A stretch of 64,000 nucleotides of DNA from Octopus vulgaris. Its lineage: Eukaryota. Positions 11,500 to 22,867 of this stretch are shown here, piece after piece. The translations under genes were made by a program, and so were the position numbers. Within the stretch, counting starts at the first letter, position 1, and each line of letters opens with the position of its first letter. A model generated the notes under the pieces. It did not search any database and was not told where the DNA came from. It saw only the letters and a program-made list of their open reading frames with translations. Where the stretch lies: assembly GCA_951406725.2 (NCBI GenBank), contig OX597833.1, forward strand, positions 70,804,001 through 70,868,000. The letters run 5' to 3'.

Positions 11500-12090
11500 T
11501 ATGGCAGAAATGCCAGCAGGTTGGACGAAATGCTTTATAGTGTTTTGCCCATCTTTACATTCTGAGTTCAAATTTTGCCTAGGTTGACTTTGCCTTTTAA
11601 AATCGTTTCGGGGTTGATAAATTAAGTACCGGTGAAACACTGGGAGTTAATGTAATCAATTAGTCCTCTCCCCACAAATTTGAGGCTTTGTGCCTCCAGT
11701 AGAAAGGATTATTATTATTATTATTAACAATAAGAAGAGTGTGACTGTTATCGAATGAACAATATTTTGACATCTCGTGTGTACCAGTGAGACACTGGGG
11801 TCAATGTAATTGACTAGTCCTCTCCCCCAAAATTTCAGGCCTTGTACCTATTATTATTATTACTACTACTACTACTACTACTACTATTATTAAGGCAGCA
11901 AGCTGGCAGAACATTAGGACACCAGACAAAATACTTAGTGGTATTTTGTCTGCAGCTACGTTCCGAGTTCAAATTCCACTGAGGTCGACTTTGCCTTTTA
12001 TCCTTTTGGGGTCGATAAATTAAGTACCAGTGAGACACTGGGGTCAATGTAATTGACTAGTCCTCTCCCCCAAAATTTCAGGCCTTGTGC

Positions 12091-12142
<52 letters not shown>

Positions 12143-12362
12143 CACTACTATTATTAAGGCAGCAAGCTGGCAGAACCATTAGAACACCGGGCAAAATGCA
12201 TAGTGGTATTATGTCTGCAGCTACGTTCCGAGTTCAAATTCCACCGAGGTCGACTTTACCTTTTATCCTTTTGGGGGTCGATAAATTAAGTACCAGTGAA
12301 ACACTGGGGTCGATGTAATCGACTAGCACCCTTTCCCAAAATTTGTGCCTTTAGTAGAAAGG
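11500..12362 (+). mobile_element. Cluster of three SINE family B copies separated by (TAT)/(TAC) repeats
   Basis: Copies at about 11500-11708, 11892-12090 and 12157-12362. Segment 11785-11850 recurs 244 nt later. Confidence 0.8.
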
Positions 12363-12376
12363 ACTATTATTATTAT

Positions 12377-12413
<37 letters not shown>

Positions 12414-12557
12414 GTGGTGCTGGTCTAACAGAAATAGTAGAGAATTTGGTATAAAAAAGATCATAAACAGAATTTACTAAAAAATTAATAAGAGTTCTGG
12501 ATAGAATAGAGAAAAATTATCCAAGAAATAAAAAGTCAAATAAAATGAAATATTTAC

Positions 12558-12630
12558 AAATTTTTCCAGTCTGAAGAGGAGGGAAAATCCCAGGATAAAT
12601 AAAACTGTGGAAGATTTAGACATTGTATAC
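12558..12630 (-). CDS. SLC35C2: SLC35C2-like coding exon 4 (YTMSKSSTVLFILGFSLLFRLEKF)
   Basis: Acceptor ttcttcttttacag, donor TTT|GTAAAT. 73 nt, phase 2 to 0. Matches [23 protein letters not shown]. Confidence 0.95.
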
Positions 12631-12916
12631 CTGTAAAAGAAGAAACACTTATTATATAACAGACAGGTGAGAATTTTAATTTAAAGCAATTTAAATTCCA
12701 TTCATTAGACTTTTTACTTTCCGGAAACTTTCTACAATAACCAAGAAGGTATTAGCTTTTTATCCTTTTACTTGCTTCAGTTATAGGACAGTGGCCATGC
12801 TGGGGCAACACCTTGAAGAATTAGACTATCAATTTCTTTTGCCAAACTGCTAAGTTACAGCTATGTAAAACACATCAAATGTTGTTGTCAAGCAGTGGCT
12901 GGGAGACAGAAACTGA

Positions 12917-13050
12917 AAGAAGAAGAAGAAGAAGAAGAAGAAGAAGAAGAAGAAGAAGAAGAAGAAGAAGAAGAAGAAGAAGAAGAATCACCACCACCAC
13001 CACCACCACCGCCACCACAATCATCATCACCACCACCACCACCACCACCA
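12917..13050. repeat. (GAA)n followed by (CAC)n microsatellite
   Basis: Directly visible. Confidence 0.95.
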
Positions 13051-13560
13051 TCGTTTAATGTCCATTTTTCATGCTGGCATGGGTTGGACAGTTTGACTGG
13101 AGACTTGCAAGCCAGGAGGCCGCACCAGGCTCCAAACTGATCTGGCAATGTTTCTACAGCTGCATGCCATTCCTAACGCCAACCACCCCGAGAGTGTCGT
13201 GGGTGCCTTTTACAATGTCAGTGGCACTCGCATTGGCCACATTCGGACGGTGCTTTTCACGTGCCACCAGCATGGGGAGCCAGTCAGGTGACAAATATCA
13301 TCATCATCACCATTGCTGGCCTGATTTGGACTGTTTGACAGGAATTGTCAAGACAGAGGGCTGCTACACCAGGCTCCGGTTGACCATTTTGGCCTGATTT
13401 CTACAGAGGAATGTCCCTCCTAACACCAACCACTTTACAGAGTGAACTGGAGGCTTTTTTACATGGCACCAACACCAGTGCTTTACACATGACACCAGCA
13501 CGGGTATTTTTAATGTGGTACTAGCATGGGTACTTTGCATGTGACCAGTACAGGCACGTT
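13050..13560 (-). mobile_element. Two repeat family C fragments
   Basis: catcgtttaatgtcc...catgctggcatgggttggac motif. Other copies at about 1398, 7545, 33010, 33215, 34570, 49105, 57520 and 60375. Confidence 0.7.
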
Positions 13561-13567
13561 CTTACGA

Positions 13568-13938
13568 TAGGAGTGGCTGTGTGGTAAGTAGCTTGCTAAC
13601 CAACCACATGGTTCCGGGTTCAGTCCCACTGCGTGGCATCTTGGGCAACTGTCTTCTGCTATAGCCCCAGGCCGACCAATGCTCTTTGAGTGGATTTGGT
13701 AGACGGAAACTGAAACAAGCCTGTCGTATATATGTTTGTGTGTCTGTGTTTGTCCCCCTAGCATTGCTTGACAACCGATGCTGGTGTGTTTACATCACTT
13801 AGTGGTTCAGCAAAAGGGACCAATAGAATAAGTACTGGGCTTAAAAGGAATAAGTCCCGGGGTCGATTTGCTCGACTAAAGGCGGTGCTCCAGCATGGCC
13901 ACAGTCAAATGACTGAAACAAGTAAAAGAGTAAAAGAG
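13568..13938 (+). mobile_element. SINE family A
   Basis: Near full-length copy with a short internal microsatellite. Confidence 0.85.
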
Positions 13939-14064
13939 CGTAATTACGTATATTTTATGAGATTTATAGAATATGATATTGTATGACACGTTGTACAAAC
14001 TGTGGCATAAAAGTTAACCTAAACAATAAAAAAAATCAAGAGATATTCAGCAACAGTACTTTGG

Positions 14065-14447
14065 AGTAAAGATTGTTTGCCAATATAACATAGCAGTCCC
14101 AGTTTAGGATGAATGTTACTGTAATTTAGCCCCAGGAGACATCATCTCCAGCTGGCTATACAACACGATCTGTGTCCTTATATTTTCAAACAAGGGAATC
14201 TAGCACACCCACTCAGCTCAAAACAATATCTGTGTATCACGATTTCCGGGTTATTTTCCTTCATCAGCACAGAATAATTGTTTGGCTAGAGGTGGCGCTG
14301 TCAAATTGCCGTTCGAAATATATGGTTTTCAAAGTGACAAATAGTCACTGATATATAAATTAGAAAATTACTATTCCTGGGGCTAAATTACAGCAACATT
14401 CATCCTAAACCAGGACTGCCATGTTATGTTGGCAAACAATCTTCACT
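14065..14447. repeat. Fold-back element with 73-bp inverted arms
   Basis: 14065-14137 pairs with 14375-14447. Confidence 0.85.
14229..14273 (-). ncRNA. Minimal type I hammerhead-like motif with a degenerate stem II
   Basis: Minus strand reads tctgtg-CTGATGA-aggaaaataacccg-GAAA-tcgtga-TA-cacaga: 6-bp stem I, intact core boxes, short stem III. Confidence 0.55.
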
Positions 14448-14485
14448 ACGATAAAGAAAATCCTTAGAAATAATACAATACTTAC

Positions 14486-14549
14486 AGTGAGACAGTAATG
14501 TATTCAAAACTCCAGTTAGACATACCAATGTCAAGAGCACTAGCAATAC
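14486..14549 (-). CDS. SLC35C2: SLC35C2-like coding exon 3 (GIASALDIGMSNWSFEYITVSL)
   Basis: Acceptor ttttcacccctag, donor CT|GTAAGT. 64 nt, phase 1 to 2. Matches [22 protein letters not shown]. Absent from the ORF track. Confidence 0.95.
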
Positions 14550-14880
14550 CTAGGGGTGAAAAAAAAGGGAATAGATTTAACCCCTTTTTTTACTAAATTA
14601 TAGCATGGGGCTAGCAACTTTAGGAGAGGGAGAAAATCAGTTACATTGATCCCAAGCATTCACCCATAATGAGAAGAACCAATCACTAGATTTTGTTTTT
14701 TAATTAATTTTAATTAACTTAGATTCCTGGGGTTGTCTTCCTTGCCATTTTTTACCAGAATTAGTCATCAAAATTACCGGTTCTTCCCACTACAGGAACA
14801 ATCATAATTAATAAACATTTCTTAATTAAAAAAAAAGCAGTTTTAATTAATAAACATTTCACACCGACCAAAGTCTTTTA

Positions 14881-14940
14881 CATTGGAAATCAATAAATGG
14901 CATTACCTGGCATTGGAAATCAATAAATGGCATTACCTGG
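14881..14940. repeat. Perfect 30-bp tandem duplication spanning a splice donor
   Basis: cattggaaatcaataaatggcattacctgg x2. Confidence 0.97.
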
Positions 14941-15087
14941 TGGCGCCAACCGTTTTACATAGTTTGGCCAAGAGACTTCAACCCGGCGGATTTGGGTCTT
15001 CCATTCGTAGACGATTCTTACAATCCAGGACAGGACAAATTTGATGATGAGATGAAAGAGGGTCAGGGATAAAGGAAGATGGAAATG
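14937..15087 (-). CDS. SLC35C2: SLC35C2-like coding exon 2 (HFHLPLSLTLFHL...VSWPNYVKRLAPP)
   Basis: Polypyrimidine tract plus CAG acceptor, donor CAG|GTAATG. 151 nt, phase 0 to 1. Matches SLC35C2 FHFPLFMTMLHL...LSWADYLRRVAP. Confidence 0.92.
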
Positions 15088-15376
15088 CTGAAAGAAAAGG
15101 GGTAAAAAAAAAAAGAAACAAAACATTTACTGTAATTCTAATAAATATGGAAAGAGAAGGGAAAGGGAGGGGAGGGGAGGGAGGGAGAGAGAGAGAGAGA
15201 CAAAGAAACTGGGGGAGGTGGAAGGGAGTAGGTGCTGAGTGGCTGCACTGGAGGGTAAAAATTTTGAGAATTCTACATGAAACTTGGAATGTGTGTCATA
15301 TTACAACATATTAAATAATACATTCTAAAAGAAAGAAAGAAAGAGAGAAAGAACCACACAATTGATTGCAAATAAA

Positions 15377-16189
15377 TCTCTCTATATATAAAGCTAAAGT
15401 TGTCTGTGTGTGTATGGCAGGTTTGGTAGCCTTTAACTAACACTATCTCCTCCGAGACCCTGTGGTGCAAGTTGACCAAAATTGAGAGTATGATAGAAGG
15501 AGTGGCTGTGTGGTAAGTAGCTTGCTAACCAACCACATGGTTCCGGGTTCAGTCCCACTGCGTGGCATCTTGGGCAAGTGTCTTCTACTATAGCCCCGGG
15601 CCGACCAATGCCTTGTGAGTGGATTTGGTAGACGGAAACTGAAAGAAGCCCGTCGTATATATGTATATATATATATATATATATGTGTGTGTATGTGTTT
15701 GTGTGTCTGTGTTTGTCCTCCTAGCATTGCTTGACAACCGATGCTGGTGTGTTTACGTCCCTGTCACTTAGCAGTTCGGCAAGAGAGACAGATAGAATAA
15801 GTACTGGGCTTACAAAGAATAAGTCCTGGGGTCGATTTGCTCGACTAAAGGCAGTGCTCCAGCATGGCCACAGTCAAATGACTGAAACAAGTAAAAGAGT
15901 AAAGAGTATAGAAGAAGGCTTGCTCTTCATTCCGTAGAAGATAAAATTCAAATCGGACCATGTTAGCGCCAAAAATTATTTACATCAAAAAGGTGCTTTT
16001 TTTCTATGAAAATCCCTAATTTTTAACGATTTCTTGACTGCTGTGTCGCCATTTTTCGGTGTATTTCCACCAGAAAAATGTTCACTTAAAGAGAATAACA
16101 AGCTACATAATGCAAAATTTTTTACTTTTCAAAAATTCCAATTCTAAAGGGTCGAAACAAACCCGAGCAACGCCGGGCGATACTGCTAG
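15377..16189 (+). mobile_element. Non-autonomous Helitron with nested SINE
   Basis: A|TC start. 3' hairpin cccgagcaacgccggg followed by CTAG|T. No TSD. Confidence 0.8.
15500..15907 (+). mobile_element. SINE family A nested in a Helitron
   Basis: Flanked by direct repeat ATAGAAG (15493-15499 and 15908-15914). Confidence 0.85.
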
Positions 16190-16249
16190 TAGAAAATAAT
16201 TTCAAAATCGAAATTTCAGTTGAAGAATTCAATGAATCCAAGAACTCAC

Positions 16250-16444
16250 CTTTACAAATAATTTGTTGTAGAATGTGAGAGTGATGGAGAGGATGTAGTA
16301 ACAGACGACAAGGGTGATTAATTTCAAAGAATTTATGAAGCACTGACAAACACATTTTAATAACATAGTTTTCTGCGAAGAACCTGCTGCAGTCATTTGC
16401 TCACATGCCAGGAGAGATTCCTCCTTGGAGGGATTCTTTACCAT
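16250..16444 (-). CDS. SLC35C2: SLC35C2-like transporter, coding exon 1 (MVKNPS...YYILSITLTFYNKLFVK)
   Basis: ATG at 16444 with in-frame TGA stops just upstream. Acceptor tttttctttccag at 16469-16470, donor AAG|GTGAGT. YYILSITLTFYNK matches the recalled SLC35C2 motif YYCFSIGITFYNK. 195 nt, phase 0. Confidence 0.9.
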
Positions 16445-16524
16445 ACTTCAGACAATGGATTTTCACAACTGGAAAGAAAAACAAAAGGATTAAATTACAA
16501 AGGAAAAGTCTTAACTCATTAATC

Positions 16525-16880
16525 TTTACTCTCTTTACTCTTTTACTCTTTTACTTGTTTCAGTCATTTGACTGCGGCCATGCTGGAGCACCGCCTTTTA
16601 GTCGAGCAAATCGACCCCAGGACTTACTCTTTGCAAGCCCAGTACTTATTCTATCAGTCTCTTTTGCCGAACCGCTAAGTGACGGGGATGTAAACACACC
16701 AGCATCGGTTGTCAAGCAATGCTAGAGAGACAAACACAGACACACAAACATATACATACACATACATATATGAATACATATATACGACAAGCTTCTTTCA
16801 GTTTCCGTCTACCAAATCCACTCACAAGGCATTGGTTGACCCGGGGCTATAGCAGAAGACACTTGCCCAAGATGCCATGC
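16525..16880 (-). mobile_element. SINE family A, 5'-truncated
   Basis: Reverse copy lacking the tRNA A box. Confidence 0.85.
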
Positions 16881-16889
16881 ATTATTCTC

Positions 16890-17342
16890 ATTCACATTAT
16901 TCTATCAAATGTCTACGCCGCATCCTTCGTGTCTGATGGCATCACTTTGTCTCCAACAATTCGGTGTGACACCAGTGCAGAATCACCTCCCTCCGACAAG
17001 TCATTCTAACGAGACGTCTGCGTTGGCTGGGTCATGCCCTCCGTCGTCAACCTGGAGAATTCATCTACGAAGCAATTGCCCCAGCTCCCCATCAGGGTTG
17101 GCGAAAGCGATGTGGTGGACAATGAAAAACCTGGCTGATGACAGTCAAGGCTGATCTGGAACCCAACCTAGGCCCCCATATCTACGGCGTTTGCCGCTGG
17201 AATAAGGAGTGGTTGGAGATCACGCAGTCGTTAGCCTTAAATTGCCAGGTCTGGTCGGCGTTTGTGAGAGATGCAGCATTGAGGATGAATGAAACCAGCT
17301 CAACCCACCCTGGGTGAATGCTGTCTCAAGACAAGAAGAAGA
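16890..17342 (+). mobile_element. RTE-like LINE 3' fragment
   Basis: CLRRILRV.WHHFVSN and RLRWLGHALR motifs, short-repeat tail. Confidence 0.7.
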
Positions 17343-18716
17343 TCAAATGTTTTGAATCAATCACATATCTTTCATGATGTGATTGTTTATTTTTAGAATG
17401 ACCTTGTAGGATAGGTATGAGAGGCCAGATATGGCTGGTAAAGTGTTAAATTGATGCAACAAAATATATCGAAATAAAAGAAGTAGAATCCACAAAAACT
17501 AGTGATTGGTCAGCATTGGTAAGTAACAAATACAAATAGGTACAAGCAGGGCTGTGTGGTTAAAAAATTTGGTTCCCAACCACATGGTTCAGGGTTCAGT
17601 CCCATTGCACAGTACCTTGGGAAAATGTCTTCTACTATAGCCCGAGGTTGACCAAACCTTGTGAGTAGACTTGGTAAATAGAAACTAAAAAGAATCCTGT
17701 CTTGTGTGTGGGGGGTGGTAGGGGTTATAAATGTGCTTCCTTTGTAAATTACTGACCTACAAGTGGTGACATTGTTATCATTACCCCTGTCAACAAAACA
17801 TCTGCTGGCTTTGTGCTTTTAAATACATGTGCAATAAAAGATCCCTTATTTGGAAAACAGGCAAGGGTTAGTGATGGGAAAGGTGCCTAACCATAAAACA
17901 ATGCCTCAGTAATCATCACTATGTCCAAGAAATCTAACAATCAAGCATGAAAAGCTAATTTGTCTGTGATGCTCTACCGATTCTGCTATCTATCACACAC
18001 ACACTCTCTGTCTCTCTCTCTCTTTATCTATCTATCTATCTCTCCTCTCTATCTCTCCTTGTCTCTCTCCCCCATTCTCTCTCTCCTCTCCCTCTCTCCT
18101 TCTCTCCCACTCTCTCTCTATCTATCTATCTCTCCTCTCTATCTCTCCTCCTCTTCCTGTCTCTCTCTCCCATTCTCTCTCCTTTCCCTCTCTCTCCCTC
18201 TTCTCCTTAATATCTTGTGTGTGTGTGTTTTGTGTTCATCATAACTTAAAGAACGGAAACTCGCTGACATTTCAAAACCATTCCAACTGACATTCAGACG
18301 TGCCACAAACACTGCAAACAAGAAGTCAAGGGAAACAAAAGAGGCTTTTGTCGCTTATCCAATCAATAAGGCTGTGTGCTCACTTTGCAACCACAAGGTT
18401 CTGAGTTCAGTTCCATTGTGCAGCACCTTGGGCAAGTGTCTCTCGTCACAATCCCTGGCTGATCAATGCTTTCAGACTGAATTTGGCAGAGGGAAACTGT
18501 ATGGAAACCTATCATATTATTACCATCATCAAAGAAACAAAAACACACACATATCCAGACACACACACACACACAAACACACCAGCATACACACACACAC
18601 ATAAACCCTCACACAAACATAAAGACCGACAACACACACACACACATTCTTTTGGTTACGACAGGTGTTCCCGTTGATCCAATCAATGGAACATCTGTTT
18701 TATCAAATTAATGTAA

Positions 18717-18884
18717 ATAGGCGCTGGAGTGGCTGTGTGGTAAGTAGCTTGCTAACCAACCACATGGTTCCGGGTTCAGTCCCACTGCGTGGCATCTTGG
18801 GCAAGTGTCTTCTGCTATAGCCCCGGGCCGACCAATGCCTTGTGAGTGGATTTGGTAGACGGAAACTGAAAGAAGCCCATCGTA

Positions 18885-18927
<43 letters not shown>

Positions 18928-19139
18928 ATATGTTTGTGATTGTCCCCCTAGCATTGCTTGACAACTGATGCTAGTGTGTTTACGTCCCTGTAACTTAGCG
19001 GTTCGGCAAAAGAGACCGATAGAATAAGTACTGGGCTTACAAAAAGAATAAGTCCCGGGGTCGATTTGCTCGACTAAAGGCAGTGCTCCAGCATGGCTGC
19101 AGTCAAATGACTGAAACAAGTAAAAGAGTAAAGAGAGAG
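18717..19139 (+). mobile_element. SINE family A
   Basis: Full-length copy. Confidence 0.85.
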
Positions 19140-19250
19140 TATACACACATGCACACAACTATGCACTCCTATGCGCTCCTATGCACAAGCACACACAAAA
19201 CAAGCTTACAGACACATATGAAGATACACAAGCACACACACATACACAAT

Positions 19251-19286
<36 letters not shown>

Positions 19287-19497
19287 TTTGCTTTAGACTC
19301 TAAAGCGACCAGCTGTTTACACTGGCTAAACATCTATTTCTTAAATGACGTGTCTTTTTTTTTTATTATCATTTATCATAAATGATAAATTCAAACAATA
19401 TAATCTGAAGGTGACTTGGCTGTTATTTGTAACAGGTGAGCGTGACTCCATATAAGCTCCCTGATGATGGTGATGATGATGATGATGATGATAAAAG

Positions 19498-19742
19498 TAT
19501 CTGTCAAGACCTACCAGATATAAACGTATCTGTCAAGACCTACCAGAAACTGAGCAAATATAAAGATCTTGAAATAGAAATCAGCAAAATGTGGAACCTG
19601 AAGACTAAAACATTACCTGTTGTCATAGGTGCCCTGGGAATAATTAGCAAAAGGGGCTGGTTGCTACCTAATTCAGATACCAGGAAACCCAAAAATGGCA
19701 GAAATTCAAAAGCTAGTGCTCATGGGAACTGTCCATATCCTA
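19498..19742 (+). mobile_element. Non-LTR retrotransposon 3' fragment with a restriction-like endonuclease (R4/Dong-like)
   Basis: KLSKYKDLEIEISKMWNLKTKTLPVVIGALG, then after a frameshift EIQKLVLMGTVHIL. Confidence 0.75.
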
Positions 19743-19907
19743 TTTGGGGCTGCAAGAATTCTGTGCATGGTTCTTGAAGCATGACCAGTAAACAAGTGTC
19801 ACCTTAGTCTGCTGGTTGTGGACAGCTGACATTTTCCATCATACGCAGCCAAATAAGCTGAGTTTTCATCACATAATCATAATAACAATTATAATAATAA
19901 TAATAAC

Positions 19908-19948
<41 letters not shown>

Positions 19949-20039
19949 CAACAACAATTATTATTATTATTATTGTGGTTGTTCTCTTGCAATACCAGGA
20001 AGTATCACGCTCTCGATCTTCACTGATTGGAAATGTTAT

Positions 20040-20510
20040 CATGTACATTGTTTTTTTTTTTTGGTATAAAAGCAAATATTCTGCTCAATACCACAGATTT
20101 GCTTGTCAGTTGTTTGACCTTAACCAGTTGAGCATGTCCCTTAGTGGCTGACGATATGTGCATCTCTGATCATGAACTGAAGTAGTAGGGGAGCATCATA
20201 GCCATGTGTTGAGAGGGATTCTTTGGGGTTTGAATAGTTAACCTCTGGAAACATGGGTGTTTCATTAATTATTCTTAAACAATCCTTATTCAGGGACACT
20301 TTGTCTAGGATGGGATCTTTGACATACAAGGTCACCTGCTGTTTATCATGATATGAGATCACCATGACACATACACATGGTTGTGACACATGGTTGTGAC
20401 ACATGGTTGTGACACATGGTTGTGACACATGTGCCTGGTGTATCCTTATCAGACAGATAATCACGATAAATATATTGGCTTTCATCTATTTGTACCCCAG
20501 CGTCATTTCA
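20040..20510. repeat. Unclassified interspersed repeat, second copy at 63085-63435
   Basis: Over 300 bp of clear similarity between the two loci. Contains 13-bp tandem acacatggttgtg x4. Confidence 0.75.
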
Positions 20511-20687
20511 CTGATGTGTACAGCTCTGTCACTCATTGATAATAATAATGGTTTCAAATTCTGCCACAAGGGTAGCAATTTTGGAAGAGGCAACAAGTCG
20601 ATGGCATCAACCCCAGTCTTCGACTGGTACCTATATCTTTTCTATTATAGGCACAAAGGCCTGAAATTTGGAGAAGGGAGCTAATCT

Positions 20688-21100
20688 TATTTCTTTATTG
20701 CCCACAAGGGGCTAAACATAGAGGGGACAAACAAGGATAGACAAACGGATTAAGTCAATTACATCGACCCCAGTGCATAACTGGTACTTATTTAATAGAC
20801 CCAGAAAGGATGAAAGGCAAAGTTGACCTCGGCGGAATTTGAACTCAGAACGTAACGGCAGATGAAATACCTATTTCTTTACTACCCACAAGGGGCTAAA
20901 CATAGAGGGGACAAACAAGGACAGACAAACGGATTAAGTCAATTATATCGACCCCAGTGCGTAACTGGTACTTATTTAATCGACCCCGAAAGGATGAAAG
21001 GCAAAGTCGACCTCGGCGGAATTTGAACTCAGAACGTAACGGCAGACGAAATACCAGTAAGCATTTCGCCCGGCACGCTAACGTTTCTGCCACCTCACCA
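20688..21100 (-). mobile_element. SINE family B dimer
   Basis: Two tandem core units on the reverse strand, flanked by CTAATCT. Confidence 0.85.
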
Positions 21101-21563
21101 CTAATCTATTAAATCAACCTCAGTGCTCGACTGGTAATTATTTCATTGACCCCCAAAAGGTAACATTTGAACTCAGAAAGGTTAAAATGGAAGAAATACT
21201 GCTCTGCAATTTGCCGGCTAATGGTTCTGCCAGCTCATTGCTTTAAGTCAGTGGTTCCCAAACCATTTTTTTCTAGGCCATATTTTCAGAATGAAAATTT
21301 TCTCGCGCTTCACCAAATTTTATGTGATAAAAAGTACATTAAAAGATAAAAAGAACAAAGACTAGCAGTGCATTAAATACAATATATAACACAAATAACT
21401 TACAATATGATTAAAGTACACGGATTTAATGAAAGATATGAGCTTGTTTTTAACGAGTAATCTTTATATTCAGCCTAATTTGAGATAAACAAACTCTTGT
21501 CTCCTCATCAGCACAAAGAAGCCATTTCCTTCTCTTTGGTTTTTGATATTTGTCAGAACTGAA

Positions 21564-22148
21564 AGGCGGCGAGGTGGCAGAAGCCTTAGGAAGCTGGGCG
21601 AAATGCTTAGCGATATTTCGTCTGCCGCTACATTCTGAGTTCAAATTCTGCCGAGGTCAACTTTGTTTTTCATCCTTTCGGGGTCGATAAATTAAGTACC
21701 AGTTACGAACTGTGGTCAATATAATCGACTTAATCCATTTGTCTGTCCTTGTTTGTCCTCTCTGTGTTTAGCCCCTTGTGGGTAATAAAAAAATAGGTAT
21801 TTCGTCTGCCGCTACATTCTGAGTTCAAATTCTGCCGAGGTCAACTTTGCCCTTCATCCTTTCAGGGTCGATTAAATAAGTACCAGTTACGCACTGGGGT
21901 CGATGTAATCGACTTAATCCATTTGTCTGTCCTTGTTTGTCCTCTCTGTGTTTAGCCCCTTGTGGGTAGTAAAGAAATAGGTATTTCGTCTGCCGCTACG
22001 TTCTGAGTTCAAATACTGCCGAAGTCGACTTTGCCTTTCACCCTTTCGGGGTTGATAAATTAAGTACCAGTTGCATACTGGGGTCAATCTAATCGACTGG
22101 CGCCACCTCCCCAAAAATTTCGGGCCTTGTGCCTAGAGTAGAAAAGGA
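21564..22148 (+). mobile_element. SINE family B trimer
   Basis: Core units start at 21612, 21796 and 21980. Flanked by the direct repeat gatatttgtcagaactgaa. Confidence 0.88.
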
Positions 22149-22543
22149 TATTTGTCAGAACTGAAGATCCTTGAGAATAAACAACAAGGAGAAATTATCA
22201 ATTTATTACATCACAACACGCTTGCATATTTTCAAAGAAGGATACGGTCAAATAAATCAACCACAGCAGTTCATACATGCTTTATTTTATCGACCCCAGA
22301 AGAAATGGAAGACCGAGTTGACGTTGGCAGGATTTGAACACTGATCACCCTGAGCCATAACTAAATATGTACACAGCATTTCATCTGACTCTCTTATAAT
22401 TCTATCAATTTACCGCGAACAAATATTGGCAGGAAATGCCATTCTATTATAAACATGGTGAGAGAAACTTCATGGTTGGCTGGTTAAATCATTGATTGTT
22501 AAATGAATGTGTGAAAAGGAAACACACACATACAACAACGCAT

Positions 22544-22583
<40 letters not shown>

Positions 22584-22867
22584 ATGCATATACATATATT
22601 GACTAAGGAAAACAATTTCTTTAACAGAATCTTGTATAAACATAAATAACAAGAATACAGAGCCTCTATGTTGTCATCCAACTTCTAAAACAGGTAGCTA
22701 AGTTTCCTTCAAATCATGCTCTGCTCTCTCTCTCTTTCTATCTCTCTCTCTCTCTCTCCCTTCCTCCACATGTGTATTCTCTGTTTTTCTCTCTCTTATT
22801 CTTTTACCTCCTCTTCTCCCACTATTCTATCCTATTACTCTGTCACCCCACCACCACCACCACCACC

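Noticed and set aside
12888-13148. Poly-E/poly-P and poly-S/poly-G ORFs
   Set aside because: (GAA)n and (CAC)n microsatellites between repeat fragments within an intron.
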